64,000 nt of DNA from an uncultured Fibrobacteria bacterium. GTDB taxonomy: Bacteria; Fibrobacterota; Fibrobacteria; UBA11236. The stretch is from positions 2,464,001-2,528,000 of the forward strand of contig OY970309.1 of NCBI GenBank assembly GCA_963716395.1, written 5' to 3'. Position 1 is the stretch's first letter; each line of letters opens with the position of its first letter. Positions 21,501 through 29,970 of the stretch are shown here, piece by piece. The notes below the pieces were generated by a model. It did no database searches and was not told the DNA's origin. It worked only from the letters and a program-made list of their open reading frames with translations. The translations under genes and the position numbers were made by a program.

Positions 21501-22545
21501 GGCCGGTGGTGGTGCTGACGGTGAGCCCGGTGGGCAAAGGTGAGGTGCTGAAGGTGATGGGTGCGGTGCCGGAGGCGGTGATGGTGTAGGAGAAAGGCGC
21601 TCCCGCCGTGCCGCCAGCGGTCGAGGCGCTGGTGATGGTGGGTGCTGTGGCTGGGTAAACGGTAAGGATCAGGGTTTTGGCGGGCGCGGATCCGGCCGCG
21701 TTGATGGCGGAAAGAGTGACATTGGTGGTACCTGTAGCCGTTGGGGTTCCGGAAATTACCCCGGTGCCGGTATTAACGGAGAGCCCCGCGGGCAAAGGTG
21801 CGGCGCCGTAGGTGATGGGGGCGGTGCCGGTGGCGGTGATGGCGTAGGAGAAGGGAACCCCAATCGTGTCCGAGGCGGAAAGGGTGGTGTTGGTGATGGT
21901 GGGAGCCAGGGAAATGGTAAGGACCAAGGTTTTGGTGGGCGCGCCTCCCGCCGCATTGTTGGCGGAGAGGGTCACGTTGGTGGTCCCGGAGGCCGTGGGG
22001 GTACCGGAAATCACGCCGGAGGCGGGGTCTACGGAGAGCCCCGCGGGCAAAGTTGAGGTGCTGAAGGTGATGGGCGTGGTGCCGGAGGCGGTAATGGTAT
22101 AGGTAAAAGGAGTTCCCACAGTTCCGCTGGCGGTCAAGGTGCTGGTGATAGCCGGTATTGAATCGACCTGAATCAAACAGGTATCTGATACGGAGTCCAG
22201 CAGGGTGGAGATATCCCAGGCGGAAAGTACAACGCGGTATAACCCGGTATGGGTGAAACTGATACTGGTGGTCAAATTGGTCGGGTCATGCAGCGTGCCG
22301 CCGTCCGGAGCATTCCAGATATATCCCACCAAGAGTGGGTCGTTCGGAGAAACCGTTCCATTCAACGCCGCAGTCGCGGACGAGGCCTGAAAAGCGATGG
22401 TGGTATCGGGGCCGGCATTCACCTGCAACAGGAGGTTTTGCGCTACAGCCGGCCGAGCGCCCACCAAAACGGAAACAAACGCCACGGCGAATCCAAGATT
22501 CGTCTGCAACCTTCCCAAGGTGCGTATTCGTAAAGCGCCGAACAT
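15598..22545 (-). CDS. Giant secreted surface protein: PKD-like, 11 He_PIG/putative Ig repeats, I-set Ig, 6 chitobiase-C/Fn3-associated repeats, FlgD/T9SS-like C-terminus
   Basis: Repeats LPAGLSV...GVISGTPT; repeats IYYTxDGSxP; YQWQKD...DAGRYRIVV Ig; C-terminal TVDGRT...LPRGIYFLWLRL. Confidence 0.9.
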   Translation of the reverse strand: MFGALRIRTLGRLQTNLGFAVAFVSVLVGARPAVAQNLLLQVNAGPDTTIAFQASSATAALNGTVSPNDPLLVGYIWNAPDGGTLHDPTNLTTSISFTHTGLYRVVLSAWDISTLLDSVSDTCLIQVDSIPAITSTLTASGTVGTPFTYTITASGTTPITFSTSTLPAGLSVDPASGVISGTPTASGTTNVTLSANNAAGGAPTKTLVLTISLAPTITNTTLSASDTIGVPFSYAITATGTAPITYGAAPLPAGLSVNTGTGVISGTPTATGTTNVTLSAINAAGSAPAKTLILTVYPATAPTITSASTAGGTAGAPFSYTITASGTAPITFSTSPLPTGLTVSTTTGLISGTPTVASTYSDTLYAHNAAGDATPKVLILTISPAAVAPTITNTTLTATGTAGTAFSYTITATGTAPITYGASPLPTGLTVSTTTGLISGIPTVAGTYNDTLYAHNAVGDATPKVLVLTVTPAPVPPAITSALTASGTAGTTFSYTITASGTTPITFNALPLPAGLSIDSSSGKISGTPAAAGTTSVTLSAHNTAGAATPQTLVLTIAPAPVAPTITSTLSAGGTAGTAFSYTITATGTAPITFGASPLPAGLSVNATTGAISGTPTATGTTNVTLSATNTAGAAPAKTLVITVSAATVAPTITNTVLSASDTVGAPFSYTITATGTSPITFGAAPLPTGLSINTATGSISGTPTASGTTSVALSASNAAGVAPTKTLTLTIYPAVAPTITSALTAGGTAGAAFSYTITASGSKPITFGAAPLPTGLSVNASTGLISGTPTGAGTTNVTLSAANAAGAAAAKTLVITISSAPVAPTITNTNLSTTGTAGVPLSYTIAAIGTAPITFGAAPLPAGLSVNTTTGVISGTPTATGTTNVTLSATNSIGAAPTKTLALSISAAPVAPVINSPTTVTATTGQSFNYTITASGTQPITFGASPLPAGLSVNSSTGAISGTPTTSGITNVTLSATNAAGAAPTKTLVMTISSASLAPSITSALTTSSTAGTAFSYTITASGTQPITFGASPLPAGLSINSSSGLISGTPTATGITNVTLSAANTTGQDTKTLVLTLTAQVVPPIITTAPASQTVTVGQAVLLTAAVAGTSPFTYQWQKDSVNIAGATGDTLTFASVGSGDAGRYRIVVRNAASVGNDSSTFAVSPFAALTVNLPKVATPKVLPRDTSFYPTLSVALSCDTVGAVIRYTTDGTSPTSTSAVYSQPLVLTATTSVKAVAFKSGETNSDMLTAVYNLTPPNKTAPPMATPTDTNFTTSVQIALSSPTPGAVIYYTLDGSIPGQGTTTIYSAPFWIYQTTTVKAVATVSGLSPSDTLTLTYHLQQSLTKVATPVATPSGERFHNSVGVQLFCATDSASIWYTTDSTDPLSSSTRKQYSMGLTLVLSQTTVLKAAATRLNWQSSDLLTQTYSKAPGPIVCVPGQDTTFASTLTVTLTVPGNFPIYYTADGSAPIDPQFHESVSAAQYLGPIHLTASATLVAVAMDGDIPSDTLTRFFTKLGSALPPPGALPSGQLFADTVIVTLKPPNAGAAVYYTTNGAIPTAASSLYSQPLRFDTTVTLQAISVQSGYLPSQVLIENYVLAPDTPSVHPPGGQYFGAVQITLSDASPKAGIYYTLDGSTPVPGTAFAYTGPFTLQQSSVLKAAAAAGSQVSATRTLVYNISARADTVIAPGGTFATGGYAFYNPGAAGFSARVVLAPPDTVSAPGIASIPFAMLLNPAAPGQPFPGLQFTKPASDARALYVIGPDGRIDFVSAADSVAITASGIYFLGLDTVPPTVTFINSVTTALDSVRANFVVNDNVANILYSLQRSDDPRRDLSQVAAETPDTVHLNLKNPAGVLAPLYVSFTVSDHTQSVRFPADGTPWYLAQHIAATQSPAVLHIGATPAYPWDLISFPVQAEPQPSFGQIAAANHIASFGVFSYRSAGGQYVAGGNGDTLVAGRGYWVGASAAFSSLWLPALSLQAPAVPVHVHLDSGWNLIGDPLPQTLYWPMSRTSTAYRLSTVKGLWAFDSGLGDYTPSDSLEPWRGYFVYSYARDTTVELTTSPSAAAKPAAASNPYAIVLDYGHRSLELGMFPDAKTGLGVEDESTLPALDSQTAFASLRQGHWLQSDYLPLQPDSLAQWEVVVRGASASGPPLGLGSVELPAGVRAWLVAPQRHLKLALDSRGSAFQPAPGADTVWILAGPAAALAKSGIFVAAKTALPAFSLQLFPAGRNFLLDLNLPSQARLAARLVTVDGRTAEWMPARWMEAGRYTLSLDHDFQGHSSAPLPRGIYFLWLRLQGEGLPAQWTRQVQIIE
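19290..22150 (-). repeat. Eleven tandem intragenic repeats of about 260 bp encoding He_PIG domains
   Basis: Recurrent DNA such as ggtgatggtgtaggagaa and ggagagccccgcgggcaaagg at about 260-nt spacing. Confidence 0.85.
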
Positions 22546-22761
22546 GGGAGCATTACCCCCCTCCCCACCGCAGTATTCAATTTTGTGTGTTGCGCTGGAG
22601 ATTCCTCTTCCAAAGGTAAATAGAAGCGAAAATTCGTCGACGGCCCATTTTCTGCGTTTTCACAAGAATTGGCAAAGTTTGAGCTTACTGTCAAGATGAA
22701 TCGCGCCGCAAATAACAAATCAGAAGCAGGCCGCTTAATTACCCAAGTAATATTTTTTTAC

Positions 22762-23277
22762 ATGATCAAAATGCAAGAAATCATGGAACTCAAATCCTAC
22801 GTCGGATTTCCCTGCCTCGTTTTTGCTTCGGCAAAACCCATTGGTGACGAACACGCCGCGCAAATTGCCGATCATTTGCGCCCGTTTTTCTCCGCCTGGG
22901 AAAGCCATGGCGTGCCGGTGCAAGGCATGGCCGCTGGCATCGAAAACCGATTTTTAATCGTGGCCCATCGGCCCGTGGAAATTTCGGGATGCAGCCGTGA
23001 CGCCTTGCTTTTCCGCGTACGGGAAATCGGAAAAGAATTCGGTGTGGACTGGGTGGGCGGATCGCGGTTGTTTTATCGCGACCCGCAAGGCCGGGTGGCC
23101 GATACGGATCGCATCGGGTTCAAAGCTTTGGCGCGTTCCGGCCGTATCACGCCGGCTACCCCGGTTTTCAATACCTCCTTGACCGAAGTCGACGCCTGGT
23201 TGGCGGGAAAGTTCGAAATACCCGCGGCCGCGAGTTGGCATGCCCGTTTGCTCGACGTAGTGACCACTCCGGTTTAG
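22762..23277 (+). CDS. Conserved FCB-type hypothetical protein (WxSHG...SGCSxD family)
   Basis: WESHGVPV, RFLIVA, ISGCSRD, VFNTSL, SWHAR motifs resemble a conserved Bacteroidota protein; start 22762 or 22783. Confidence 0.65.
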   Translation: MIKMQEIMELKSYVGFPCLVFASAKPIGDEHAAQIADHLRPFFSAWESHGVPVQGMAAGIENRFLIVAHRPVEISGCSRDALLFRVREIGKEFGVDWVGGSRLFYRDPQGRVADTDRIGFKALARSGRITPATPVFNTSLTEVDAWLAGKFEIPAAASWHARLLDVVTTPV

Positions 23278-23285
23278 CGCTTGTC

Positions 23286-24122
23286 TTATCCGGAACGCCG
23301 CCGGGTTTTACCCGGACCCGATTCCGAAAATCCAAAATCGAGAACCGGTCGTCCGCGCCCGAGGTTCCGGGCGTGAAGAATGGCTTGGCCGACAAAGGCC
23401 TTGGCGCCGCGACAGGCGGCGAGCAGGCTTTCTCCCCGGGCCAGGCGGGCCGCGAGGGCCGATGACAATGCGCATCCGGTGCCGTGGGGCGTGAGGCCAA
23501 AGCGCGGACCGCGCAGGCGCCAAAGACGGCCATGATCGAACAGGAAATCGTCGCTGCCGGCGTCATCCCCATGCCCGCCTTTGAGCAGAATCGCATAGGG
23601 CTTGCCGGCCGCAAAGGCGCGCAGAAGCTCGGGAGCTTCAGCTATCGTCACGGGTTGCCCGCACAGCGCCGCGAACTCGGGCAGATTGGGAGTGAGAATG
23701 CGGCAGCGGGGAAACACGGATCGCGCCAGTTCCGGTTGCGCGCCGGCTTCGAGCAAGGCCGCGCCCGAAGTGGAGCGCAGAATCGGATCCAGCACCACGG
23801 GTATGTCGCGCGCCGCCGGCGACCGCAGCAAGGCCGCGACGCGGCGGAGCATGGCCCGGGAACCCAAGGCGCCGATTTTGATCGCGTCGGGGCGCAGGTC
23901 GGCGAACAAGGCCTTGGCTTGCTCCCGGAAAAAATCGGGATCGGCCCAGCGCACGCGCTGCACGCCCCGGGTGTTTTGTATCGTCCACAAGGTCGGCAGC
24001 GCCAGGCCGAAAACCCCGTGGGCCTGAAAGGTTTTCAGATCGGCCTCCAATCCCGCGCCGCCGCTGGGATCGGAGCCCGCAATGGTCAAAGCCATCCGCA
24101 GTCGCTGGGGCCTGGATTTCAT
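23286..24122 (-). CDS. thiD: Hydroxymethylpyrimidine/phosphomethylpyrimidine kinase
   Basis: LTIAGSDPSGGAGLEADLKTF, KIGAL, VLDP, TPNLPE, LKGGH, HGTGCALS; ATGA overlap with the upstream gene places the start at 24122. Confidence 0.92.
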   Translation of the reverse strand: MKSRPQRLRMALTIAGSDPSGGAGLEADLKTFQAHGVFGLALPTLWTIQNTRGVQRVRWADPDFFREQAKALFADLRPDAIKIGALGSRAMLRRVAALLRSPAARDIPVVLDPILRSTSGAALLEAGAQPELARSVFPRCRILTPNLPEFAALCGQPVTIAEAPELLRAFAAGKPYAILLKGGHGDDAGSDDFLFDHGRLWRLRGPRFGLTPHGTGCALSSALAARLARGESLLAACRGAKAFVGQAILHARNLGRGRPVLDFGFSESGPGKTRRRSG

Positions 24123-25993
24123 TCGGGGATGAACCGCGTGGCCCAGGCGCGCACGCGGCGGCCATTCAAGACGTGAAAGCGGCGCAGCCGGCGCAAGGTT
24201 TCGGCGCCGAAAGCGCCGGCGGGAATCCACACCAGCCGCTTGCGAAACCCCGCCGCCATTTGGCGCAGCCGCAACCCCGGCTTTTCATGGCTCACGTAAG
24301 CCACCGCGCGCTGGGCCGAGTGCCGCAAGGCCCCGTACACCAGTTGCTCGGCCAGGTTTTGGAATCCGAACTCCTCGGCCGGCAGCTTGAAAACGTCGGG
24401 AACCGGCCGCGGCGGAAAGAGCAGGCTGAAGCCCCCGAATTCGGCGCGCGCGATGCCCGGGCCCACCATGTCGTCCCAGGGATCGGTGCCGAAAAACGTG
24501 AGCATCGACTCCTCCGCATGTTCATAAGTCCAGGCCATGCGAAACGGGTAACGCGCATCGTGATCGGGATCAAAAATCGCCACCACGGTGTCGACCCGGC
24601 CGCGTACCGGCGGCGCTTCGCGCACGTGAATGCGGCCCGAGCCCGCGAGCTGGCGCAGGGTTTCGCGCGCGTCGACGCCGTCTTTGAGCGAGGCGGTCAG
24701 AGGTTCGGAACGGCTCTCGCCGTGAAACAGCATTTCGCGGCTGCGCGCGCGCGCCGTGCGGTTGAAGCGCTCAATGCGGATGTCTTCGGGAACATGCGAA
24801 CACATGCCGCGTGCATCCCAGAGGTAGCGGTAGCGCTGCTTCCGCTCGGGATCGGGATCGCGTTGCAGGCGCAGGGTTTTCCAGATTTTCGGCGAATGCT
24901 CCAGCAGGTTGAAGGCGGGCTGGGCTTCGCCGCCGGGCACGCGCACTGTGTCGCGACCGATTTCCAGCCAGCCCTCCGAGGTTGACGGGACGAAGGGATA
25001 ACGGCGTGCGGATTCGAACAGTTTGGCTGCGAAGCCGTGGCCGAATACGCCTTTGGCCGCAGCCACCAGATCGAGGAGACCCGGCGTGAGGCGGCCTTGC
25101 ACCGCGGCCAGATTGCGCGTAAAGGTGAGCGCGGTTTGTACCTGCTTCACCGTGGCGACCGCGGCTTCGATGCGATCTTTGCGCAGGGCGGCGCGGGTGG
25201 CGATGAACAATGATTTCACCAAATCGAAATACGGCCGCGGCGTCATCCAGGGATTTTGCCGTTCCTTTTCCATTTCCCCGGCATAATGCGGCAGCTCTCC
25301 CAGGGCGAAATAAAGATGCTCGGGTTTCACAGGCCACACTTCGGCGTCGACCTGGTCTTCTTCGTCCGGCGGCTCTTCCGCTCCCGCATTTTCGGCGCGG
25401 CCCGCAGCGCACAGCTTTTCCAGCGCGAAGAAAGCGGGAAAGTCACAGAGCAACAGGAGCGGTGCGGGTGCGCCCCGGCGCGCCACCAGGATTTCTCGCG
25501 CGCGCGCTTCGGCGTCGGCCGCTACCTCCGGCAGCCCTTGCAAGGCTTGCCGCGCCAGCGATTGATACGCGGCGGAGCCCAACTCGGGCAAAAGGGCCGC
25601 GTCGGGCAGCAGGTAACGCAGCGGTTTCCTCAGGCGCCGGTTGCCTTCGAGAAAAAACAGGGGCAGCCGGCGCGACAACGCCTGCCGCAGTCCTTCGATA
25701 TAGGCGTCGCCGGGGTCGGCGGGCAGATAGGCGATAAGTTTTCCGTCGAGCCGCACGGCGGCCGCGTGGATTTCCGGCAATTGTTCCGCTACTTCGAGGG
25801 CCGCCGCGCGCAAAGCGGCGGGAAAGGCCAGGGCCAGAGCTGCGTCGCGCCGCTCCCACAGCAGTTGGCGCACCGCCATGGCGAAAGGCGCGGCGCCATG
25901 CGCGATGGGGAAAACGTCCAACCCCGGAGCCAGCGGAACGGCGGAAAGCGGGGCGCGGGCGGAAGAGTGGGACGAAGAGTGGGACGGGTTCAT
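24119..25993 (-). CDS. Uncharacterised MoxR-associated protein (possible degenerate VWA C-terminus)
   Basis: 624-aa ORF directly downstream of MoxR; CSHVPEDIRIE, DGVDARETLR motifs. Confidence 0.7.
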   Translation of the reverse strand: MNPSHSSSHSSARAPLSAVPLAPGLDVFPIAHGAAPFAMAVRQLLWERRDAALALAFPAALRAAALEVAEQLPEIHAAAVRLDGKLIAYLPADPGDAYIEGLRQALSRRLPLFFLEGNRRLRKPLRYLLPDAALLPELGSAAYQSLARQALQGLPEVAADAEARAREILVARRGAPAPLLLLCDFPAFFALEKLCAAGRAENAGAEEPPDEEDQVDAEVWPVKPEHLYFALGELPHYAGEMEKERQNPWMTPRPYFDLVKSLFIATRAALRKDRIEAAVATVKQVQTALTFTRNLAAVQGRLTPGLLDLVAAAKGVFGHGFAAKLFESARRYPFVPSTSEGWLEIGRDTVRVPGGEAQPAFNLLEHSPKIWKTLRLQRDPDPERKQRYRYLWDARGMCSHVPEDIRIERFNRTARARSREMLFHGESRSEPLTASLKDGVDARETLRQLAGSGRIHVREAPPVRGRVDTVVAIFDPDHDARYPFRMAWTYEHAEESMLTFFGTDPWDDMVGPGIARAEFGGFSLLFPPRPVPDVFKLPAEEFGFQNLAEQLVYGALRHSAQRAVAYVSHEKPGLRLRQMAAGFRKRLVWIPAGAFGAETLRRLRRFHVLNGRRVRAWATRFIPE

Positions 25994-26045
25994 GGTGCGG
26001 GGGACCGGTTCCGGGCCGCGGCCGGCCGGCGCGGGCGCGGCGGTT

Positions 26046-26963
26046 TCAGTCCCGATCCGGATTCATGGGATCGCCTTCGTCAAAAAAGAAATCGCCCAAT
26101 TGCATATTCGGCATGTGAAAACCCTGTTGCTTGCGCTTGGAGGCGTAGGCTTCCAGGTCGAGGGCTTCGTCGCCCAGAATCTGGCGGACGGCTTTGCGGA
26201 ACAGGGGCTCCCAGCCTTGCGCCTGCATGTGTCCCAGCTTTTGCGAGAAGCGCACGGCGTGAATGCCGTCGCGCACCGAATAAGGCAAATCCAGTCCATG
26301 CGCCTTTTGCAAAAAACCCAGGCAGATGCGCAGCAATTCTTCCGGCGCCGCCGGCAAATTGTAGCGCAGAATGCGCAACTCTTCTTCTTCGGGCGGGAAG
26401 GGCAATTCGATGCCGGGTTGCAGACGCGAAAGGATGTAGTCGGGAATCTCGAAAGCGGAATCATCCTGATTCATGGTGATGGCGCAGCGAAAATCGGCAT
26501 GCGCCTGAATCGTGACGCCCGCCACCACCGAGTCGATGGAGCGGCGGTCGTCGAGCAGGGGCGCGAGCGAAGCCCAGCATTTTTCCGGCATGCGATTGCC
26601 TTCGTCGAGCACCACGGCGCCGCCCCGCAACATGGCCGTGACCAGAGGCGAAGCGCGATATTGAATGGCGCCGCCTTCGCTGAGCACCGGGGTGATGAGC
26701 AGATCTTCGGGACGCGTGTCGGCGGTGCATTGCACGACAAAGGCGGGCTGGCCCCGCCGCTGCGCGGCCGCCAGGGCCAAGGTGGTTTTACCCAAGCCGG
26801 GATAGCCCACGATGCGGGGCGAAAGCGGCCGATCTTGTGGGGTCAGTGTCAGCCAGCAGGCCAGAAGCTCGGTCATCGGCTCTTCCTGGCCAATCCATTC
26901 CACCGCGGACGCGACCGGGGCGCTCAAGTGAATTTCGACGCCGTCGATGCGCAGGGAGTCCAC
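26046..26963 (-). CDS. MoxR-family AAA+ ATPase (CbbQ/NorQ-like)
   Basis: Walker A GYPGLGKTT, Walker B VVLDEGNR, LLDDRR, TMN, SRL arginine finger; GTG start 7 nt after TATACT. Confidence 0.88.
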   Translation of the reverse strand: MDSLRIDGVEIHLSAPVASAVEWIGQEEPMTELLACWLTLTPQDRPLSPRIVGYPGLGKTTLALAAAQRRGQPAFVVQCTADTRPEDLLITPVLSEGGAIQYRASPLVTAMLRGGAVVLDEGNRMPEKCWASLAPLLDDRRSIDSVVAGVTIQAHADFRCAITMNQDDSAFEIPDYILSRLQPGIELPFPPEEEELRILRYNLPAAPEELLRICLGFLQKAHGLDLPYSVRDGIHAVRFSQKLGHMQAQGWEPLFRKAVRQILGDEALDLEAYASKRKQQGFHMPNMQLGDFFFDEGDPMNPDRD

Positions 26964-27098
26964 GCGGGGAAGTATAGCTAGAAGGTGTGGCCGAGATTCA
27001 GGGCGGGCCGTAGCATATTTGCTGCGTTTGGCCGCGAAGGTAACAGGAAAATCGATCATTTATAAATTGAATTCTTTCTTCCAGTCCGGAGAGTTTCC

Positions 27099-28061
27099 AT
27101 GAGCGACACCGTCGAAAATCTCGTCATCATCGGTTCGGGACCGGCGGGCCATACCGCCGCCATCTATGCCGCGCGCGCCAGTTTGAACCCGCTGATGTTC
27201 GAAGGCTTCATGGCGGCCGGCGTGGCGGCGGGCGGCCAACTGACCACCACCACCGAGATCGAAAACTTCCCCGGGTTCACCACCATCGGAGGTCCCGAGC
27301 TCATGGCGCGCATGCGCGAGCAGTCGTTGCATTGCGGGGCGCGCATCCAAACCGAAACCGTGGCCAAAGTCGATTTGTCGCAGCGGCCGTTTCGCGTGGT
27401 TTCCGAAGAAGGCGGCGAGGTGCGGGCAAAAGCCTTGATCATCGCCACCGGAGCCACGGCTAAGCGTATGCGGGTTCCGCACGAAGAAGAATTCTGGCAA
27501 AAGGGCATTTCGGCCTGCGCGGTGTGCGACGGCGGTTTGCCGCTGTTCCGTAACCAACCGCTGGTGGTGATCGGCGGGGGCGATACGGCCGTGGAAGAAG
27601 CCACCTATTTGACCAAGTTCGCCTCCAAGGTTTTCCTGGTGCATCGCCGCCATGAATTGCGGGCCAGCAAGGCCATGCAACAGCGCGCCTTGAGCAATCC
27701 CAAGCTGGAAATCGTCTGGGACACGGTACTCGAAGACGTGTACGGCGGCCCTGCGCTCGCCGGGGTGAAGCTGCGCGATCTCAAAGCCGAGCGCTTGTAT
27801 GACCATGAAGCCAAAGGCCTGTTCTACGCCATCGGCCATACCCCCAATACCGAATTTTTGGAAGGCCAATTGGACGCCGACGAGACCGGTTATCTCATCA
27901 CCGAACCCGGCACCACCCAGACCAGCGTCGCCGGTGTTTTCGCCGCCGGAGACGTGCAGGACAAACGTTATCGCCAAGCCGTCACCTCGGCGGGAACCGG
28001 GTGCATGGCGGCCCTGGACGCCGAGCATTTTCTTTCGTCCGAAGCCGTCGGCGGGCATTGA
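27099..28061 (+). CDS. trxB: Thioredoxin reductase
   Basis: [48 protein letters not shown]. Confidence 0.97.
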   Translation: MSDTVENLVIIGSGPAGHTAAIYAARASLNPLMFEGFMAAGVAAGGQLTTTTEIENFPGFTTIGGPELMARMREQSLHCGARIQTETVAKVDLSQRPFRVVSEEGGEVRAKALIIATGATAKRMRVPHEEEFWQKGISACAVCDGGLPLFRNQPLVVIGGGDTAVEEATYLTKFASKVFLVHRRHELRASKAMQQRALSNPKLEIVWDTVLEDVYGGPALAGVKLRDLKAERLYDHEAKGLFYAIGHTPNTEFLEGQLDADETGYLITEPGTTQTSVAGVFAAGDVQDKRYRQAVTSAGTGCMAALDAEHFLSSEAVGGH

Positions 28062-28243
28062 TTCCCGGCCCCGGATTTTCGCCCCGGAGCGGTCGGCCCG
28101 GGCCGCTTCCCGCCCCCGGACGCGGGAAAAACCCGGAATAAGTCCAAAAAAACGGAAAATTGCGGGGTACCGCACCCGGCATGTTTCGGAAACATGGCCA
28201 GCACCCGAAACTTCAAAGGGACGTAACCGGCGACCTTCCCCTC

Positions 28244-28272
28244 TTGACGGAAGTTAACCTATGAGTTAACCT
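28244..28272 (+). promoter_or_regulatory. Sigma70-type promoter TTGACG-N17-TAACCT overlapped by two AGTTAACCT repeats
   Basis: Read directly; repeats at 28252-28260 and 28264-28272. Confidence 0.6.
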
Positions 28273-28314
28273 TGGCAGGACGGAACCGGGAGGGCCGGAA
28301 GCGGTCCCAGCTCG

Positions 28315-28354
28315 GGTTTAAAACGATTTAGAACGTTTTAAAACGGTTTGAAAT
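28315..28354. repeat. Four tandem 10-mers GnTTTRRAAY
   Basis: GGTTTAAAAC GATTTAGAAC GTTTTAAAAC GGTTTGAAAT. Confidence 0.75.
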
Positions 28355-28391
28355 GTCGGCCGTCCGGCAACCATCAAGAAAGGAGCGGGTC

Positions 28392-28643
28392 ATGGGCAAA
28401 GGCAAGAAGAGCAAGGATTCCGGCAGCAAAAAGCGCGGGAAGGGGTATGACTTGGCCGTGGGCGACATGATCCGCAAAGCCCGGGAAAACGGCGGCATTT
28501 CCCAGGAGGAATTGGCCATCCGCCTGGATACCAAACGCACCGCCATCTCCCGAATCGAAAACCATGCCGAAGACATCAAACTGAGTACTTTGAGTCGCGT
28601 GGCCAAGGCCTTGGGCAAAGACCTCAAGGTGAAAATCGGCTGA
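28392..28643 (+). CDS. XRE-family HTH protein (HigA-like antitoxin, no adjacent toxin)
   Basis: IRKARENGGISQEELAIRLDTKRTAISRIENHAEDIKLSTL; AAGGAG RBS before ATG 28392. Confidence 0.85.
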   Translation: MGKGKKSKDSGSKKRGKGYDLAVGDMIRKARENGGISQEELAIRLDTKRTAISRIENHAEDIKLSTLSRVAKALGKDLKVKIG

Positions 28644-28702
28644 CCTTTCGCCGCTCCAAGGCGGATAATCAATCCCGGCGGCGGGGGTCCCCCGTCCGGG
28701 AG

Positions 28703-29347
28703 GTGCTTGTGAAAGCCAACACGTGGATTTTAATCGGCGGATTACTGGCTTTTCAGGGGGCCCGTGCGGAGAGCAAACCCGTGGCGGCGGGCATGCTGGG
28801 CGGCCTGAACGCCGCCACCTTATGGGGCCATAATGTGCATGATTTTGACGTGCGCTTTTGGCCCGAAGTGGGATTCAGTCTGAATGTGCGTTTTCCGGTG
28901 CTCGTGGGGCTGGAAACCGACCTGCTTTACGCCAGCCGTGGCAGCACCTTCAAATCGGATGACAGCGCCGGTTCCCGAGTCAATACGTTTCACCTGCAAA
29001 CGTTGACCCTCCCCTTGCTGGTCAAAATCACGGCCCCCATCGGCTATGAGGTGCAACCCGTCTTTTTCGGGGGCCCGTCTCTGGCCTATGCGTTTTCTAA
29101 GAGCAATACCTCCGAGGTCATCGCCACCGACGTCAACGGCAATGTGACGACCGAAAACCTGGACCCGTTGATACCGCCTGCGGATTTGCAAACCCTCGAC
29201 GTGCTTCTGACCGTGGGCGGCGGGCTGGAATGGGGCCTGGGGACTTTGCAGGCGCGTCTGAACTTCGGCGAACGCCCGTTGGACAAAACCGGGGTGGTCG
29301 ACGTCCACACCTTCACCCTCGACGTCATGGCGGGATTCACATTTTGA
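28703..29347 (+). CDS. Outer-membrane beta-barrel protein (PorT/porin-like)
   Basis: Signal peptide; GGLNAAT, LETDLLYASRG, LTLPLLVK, FFGGPSL; C-terminal GFTF. Confidence 0.8.
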   Translation: MLVKANTWILIGGLLAFQGARAESKPVAAGMLGGLNAATLWGHNVHDFDVRFWPEVGFSLNVRFPVLVGLETDLLYASRGSTFKSDDSAGSRVNTFHLQTLTLPLLVKITAPIGYEVQPVFFGGPSLAYAFSKSNTSEVIATDVNGNVTTENLDPLIPPADLQTLDVLLTVGGGLEWGLGTLQARLNFGERPLDKTGVVDVHTFTLDVMAGFTF

Positions 29348-29882
29348 GACGGCGGGGGGGCGACGCCATTTCGATCAGACCCATTACTGGAATCACAAAT
29401 AATACCGCGCCGGCCAGAAAGAATCCCAGCCCCACCGCCCCTTTCAACAGGGGGCGCAACAGGTTGCCATGTTTGTCCTCCACGAACGAATCCTTGGGGT
29501 CGTGCGGGTTCACATAGGCCGTGACCGTGTCGCCCACGTGGTAGCGGTCGAGGCGGCGCTGCCAATACCAGAAAGGACGCGGCTCTTCCTCGAAGGAGAA
29601 GCGCCAGCCCCAAACGCTTTTCCCCCGCACGGAATACGCGTAGAGAACATCGGGATAATAGGCGTTCACGGCTCCGGAAGTATCGCGGCGTTCTCCGACC
29701 CTCAGGAATTTGGCCGGCGTCGGCCGGTAGACCTGGTCGAGATGGGTTAACCGGTGCACGATGCGGTAATCCTGCATCATGGATTTAAGACCCATTACGG
29801 CCAGTACCAAACCGGCTATCAAGGCCAGGATTTGCGTTCCCGCGGGAATTTTGCCGGTGTCGTCCGGATGGCGTTTGGGCAT
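29337..29882 (-). CDS. DUF3592-like membrane protein
   Basis: Two TM segments flanking YYPDVLYAYSVRGK and YHVGDTVTAYVNPHDPKDS. Confidence 0.75.
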   Translation of the reverse strand: MPKRHPDDTGKIPAGTQILALIAGLVLAVMGLKSMMQDYRIVHRLTHLDQVYRPTPAKFLRVGERRDTSGAVNAYYPDVLYAYSVRGKSVWGWRFSFEEEPRPFWYWQRRLDRYHVGDTVTAYVNPHDPKDSFVEDKHGNLLRPLLKGAVGLGFFLAGAVLFVIPVMGLIEMASPPRRLKM

Positions 29883-29970
29883 GAAAGGTTAAAAGGCCAC
29901 AGGCCGTCCGCCTGTGACGGAGCCGCTAAAGTAGTTTCCGCGTCCCGGGTCGGAAATCCGAATTGGGGCT

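Noticed and set aside
19290-22150. Regularly spaced DNA repeats considered as a CRISPR array or DGR template
   Set aside because: The period is about 260 nt and in frame with He_PIG protein repeats. There are no unique spacers, cas genes or reverse transcriptase.
23286-24230. TPP riboswitch expected near thiD
   Set aside because: thiD is translationally coupled to the upstream gene and no TPP aptamer core was seen.
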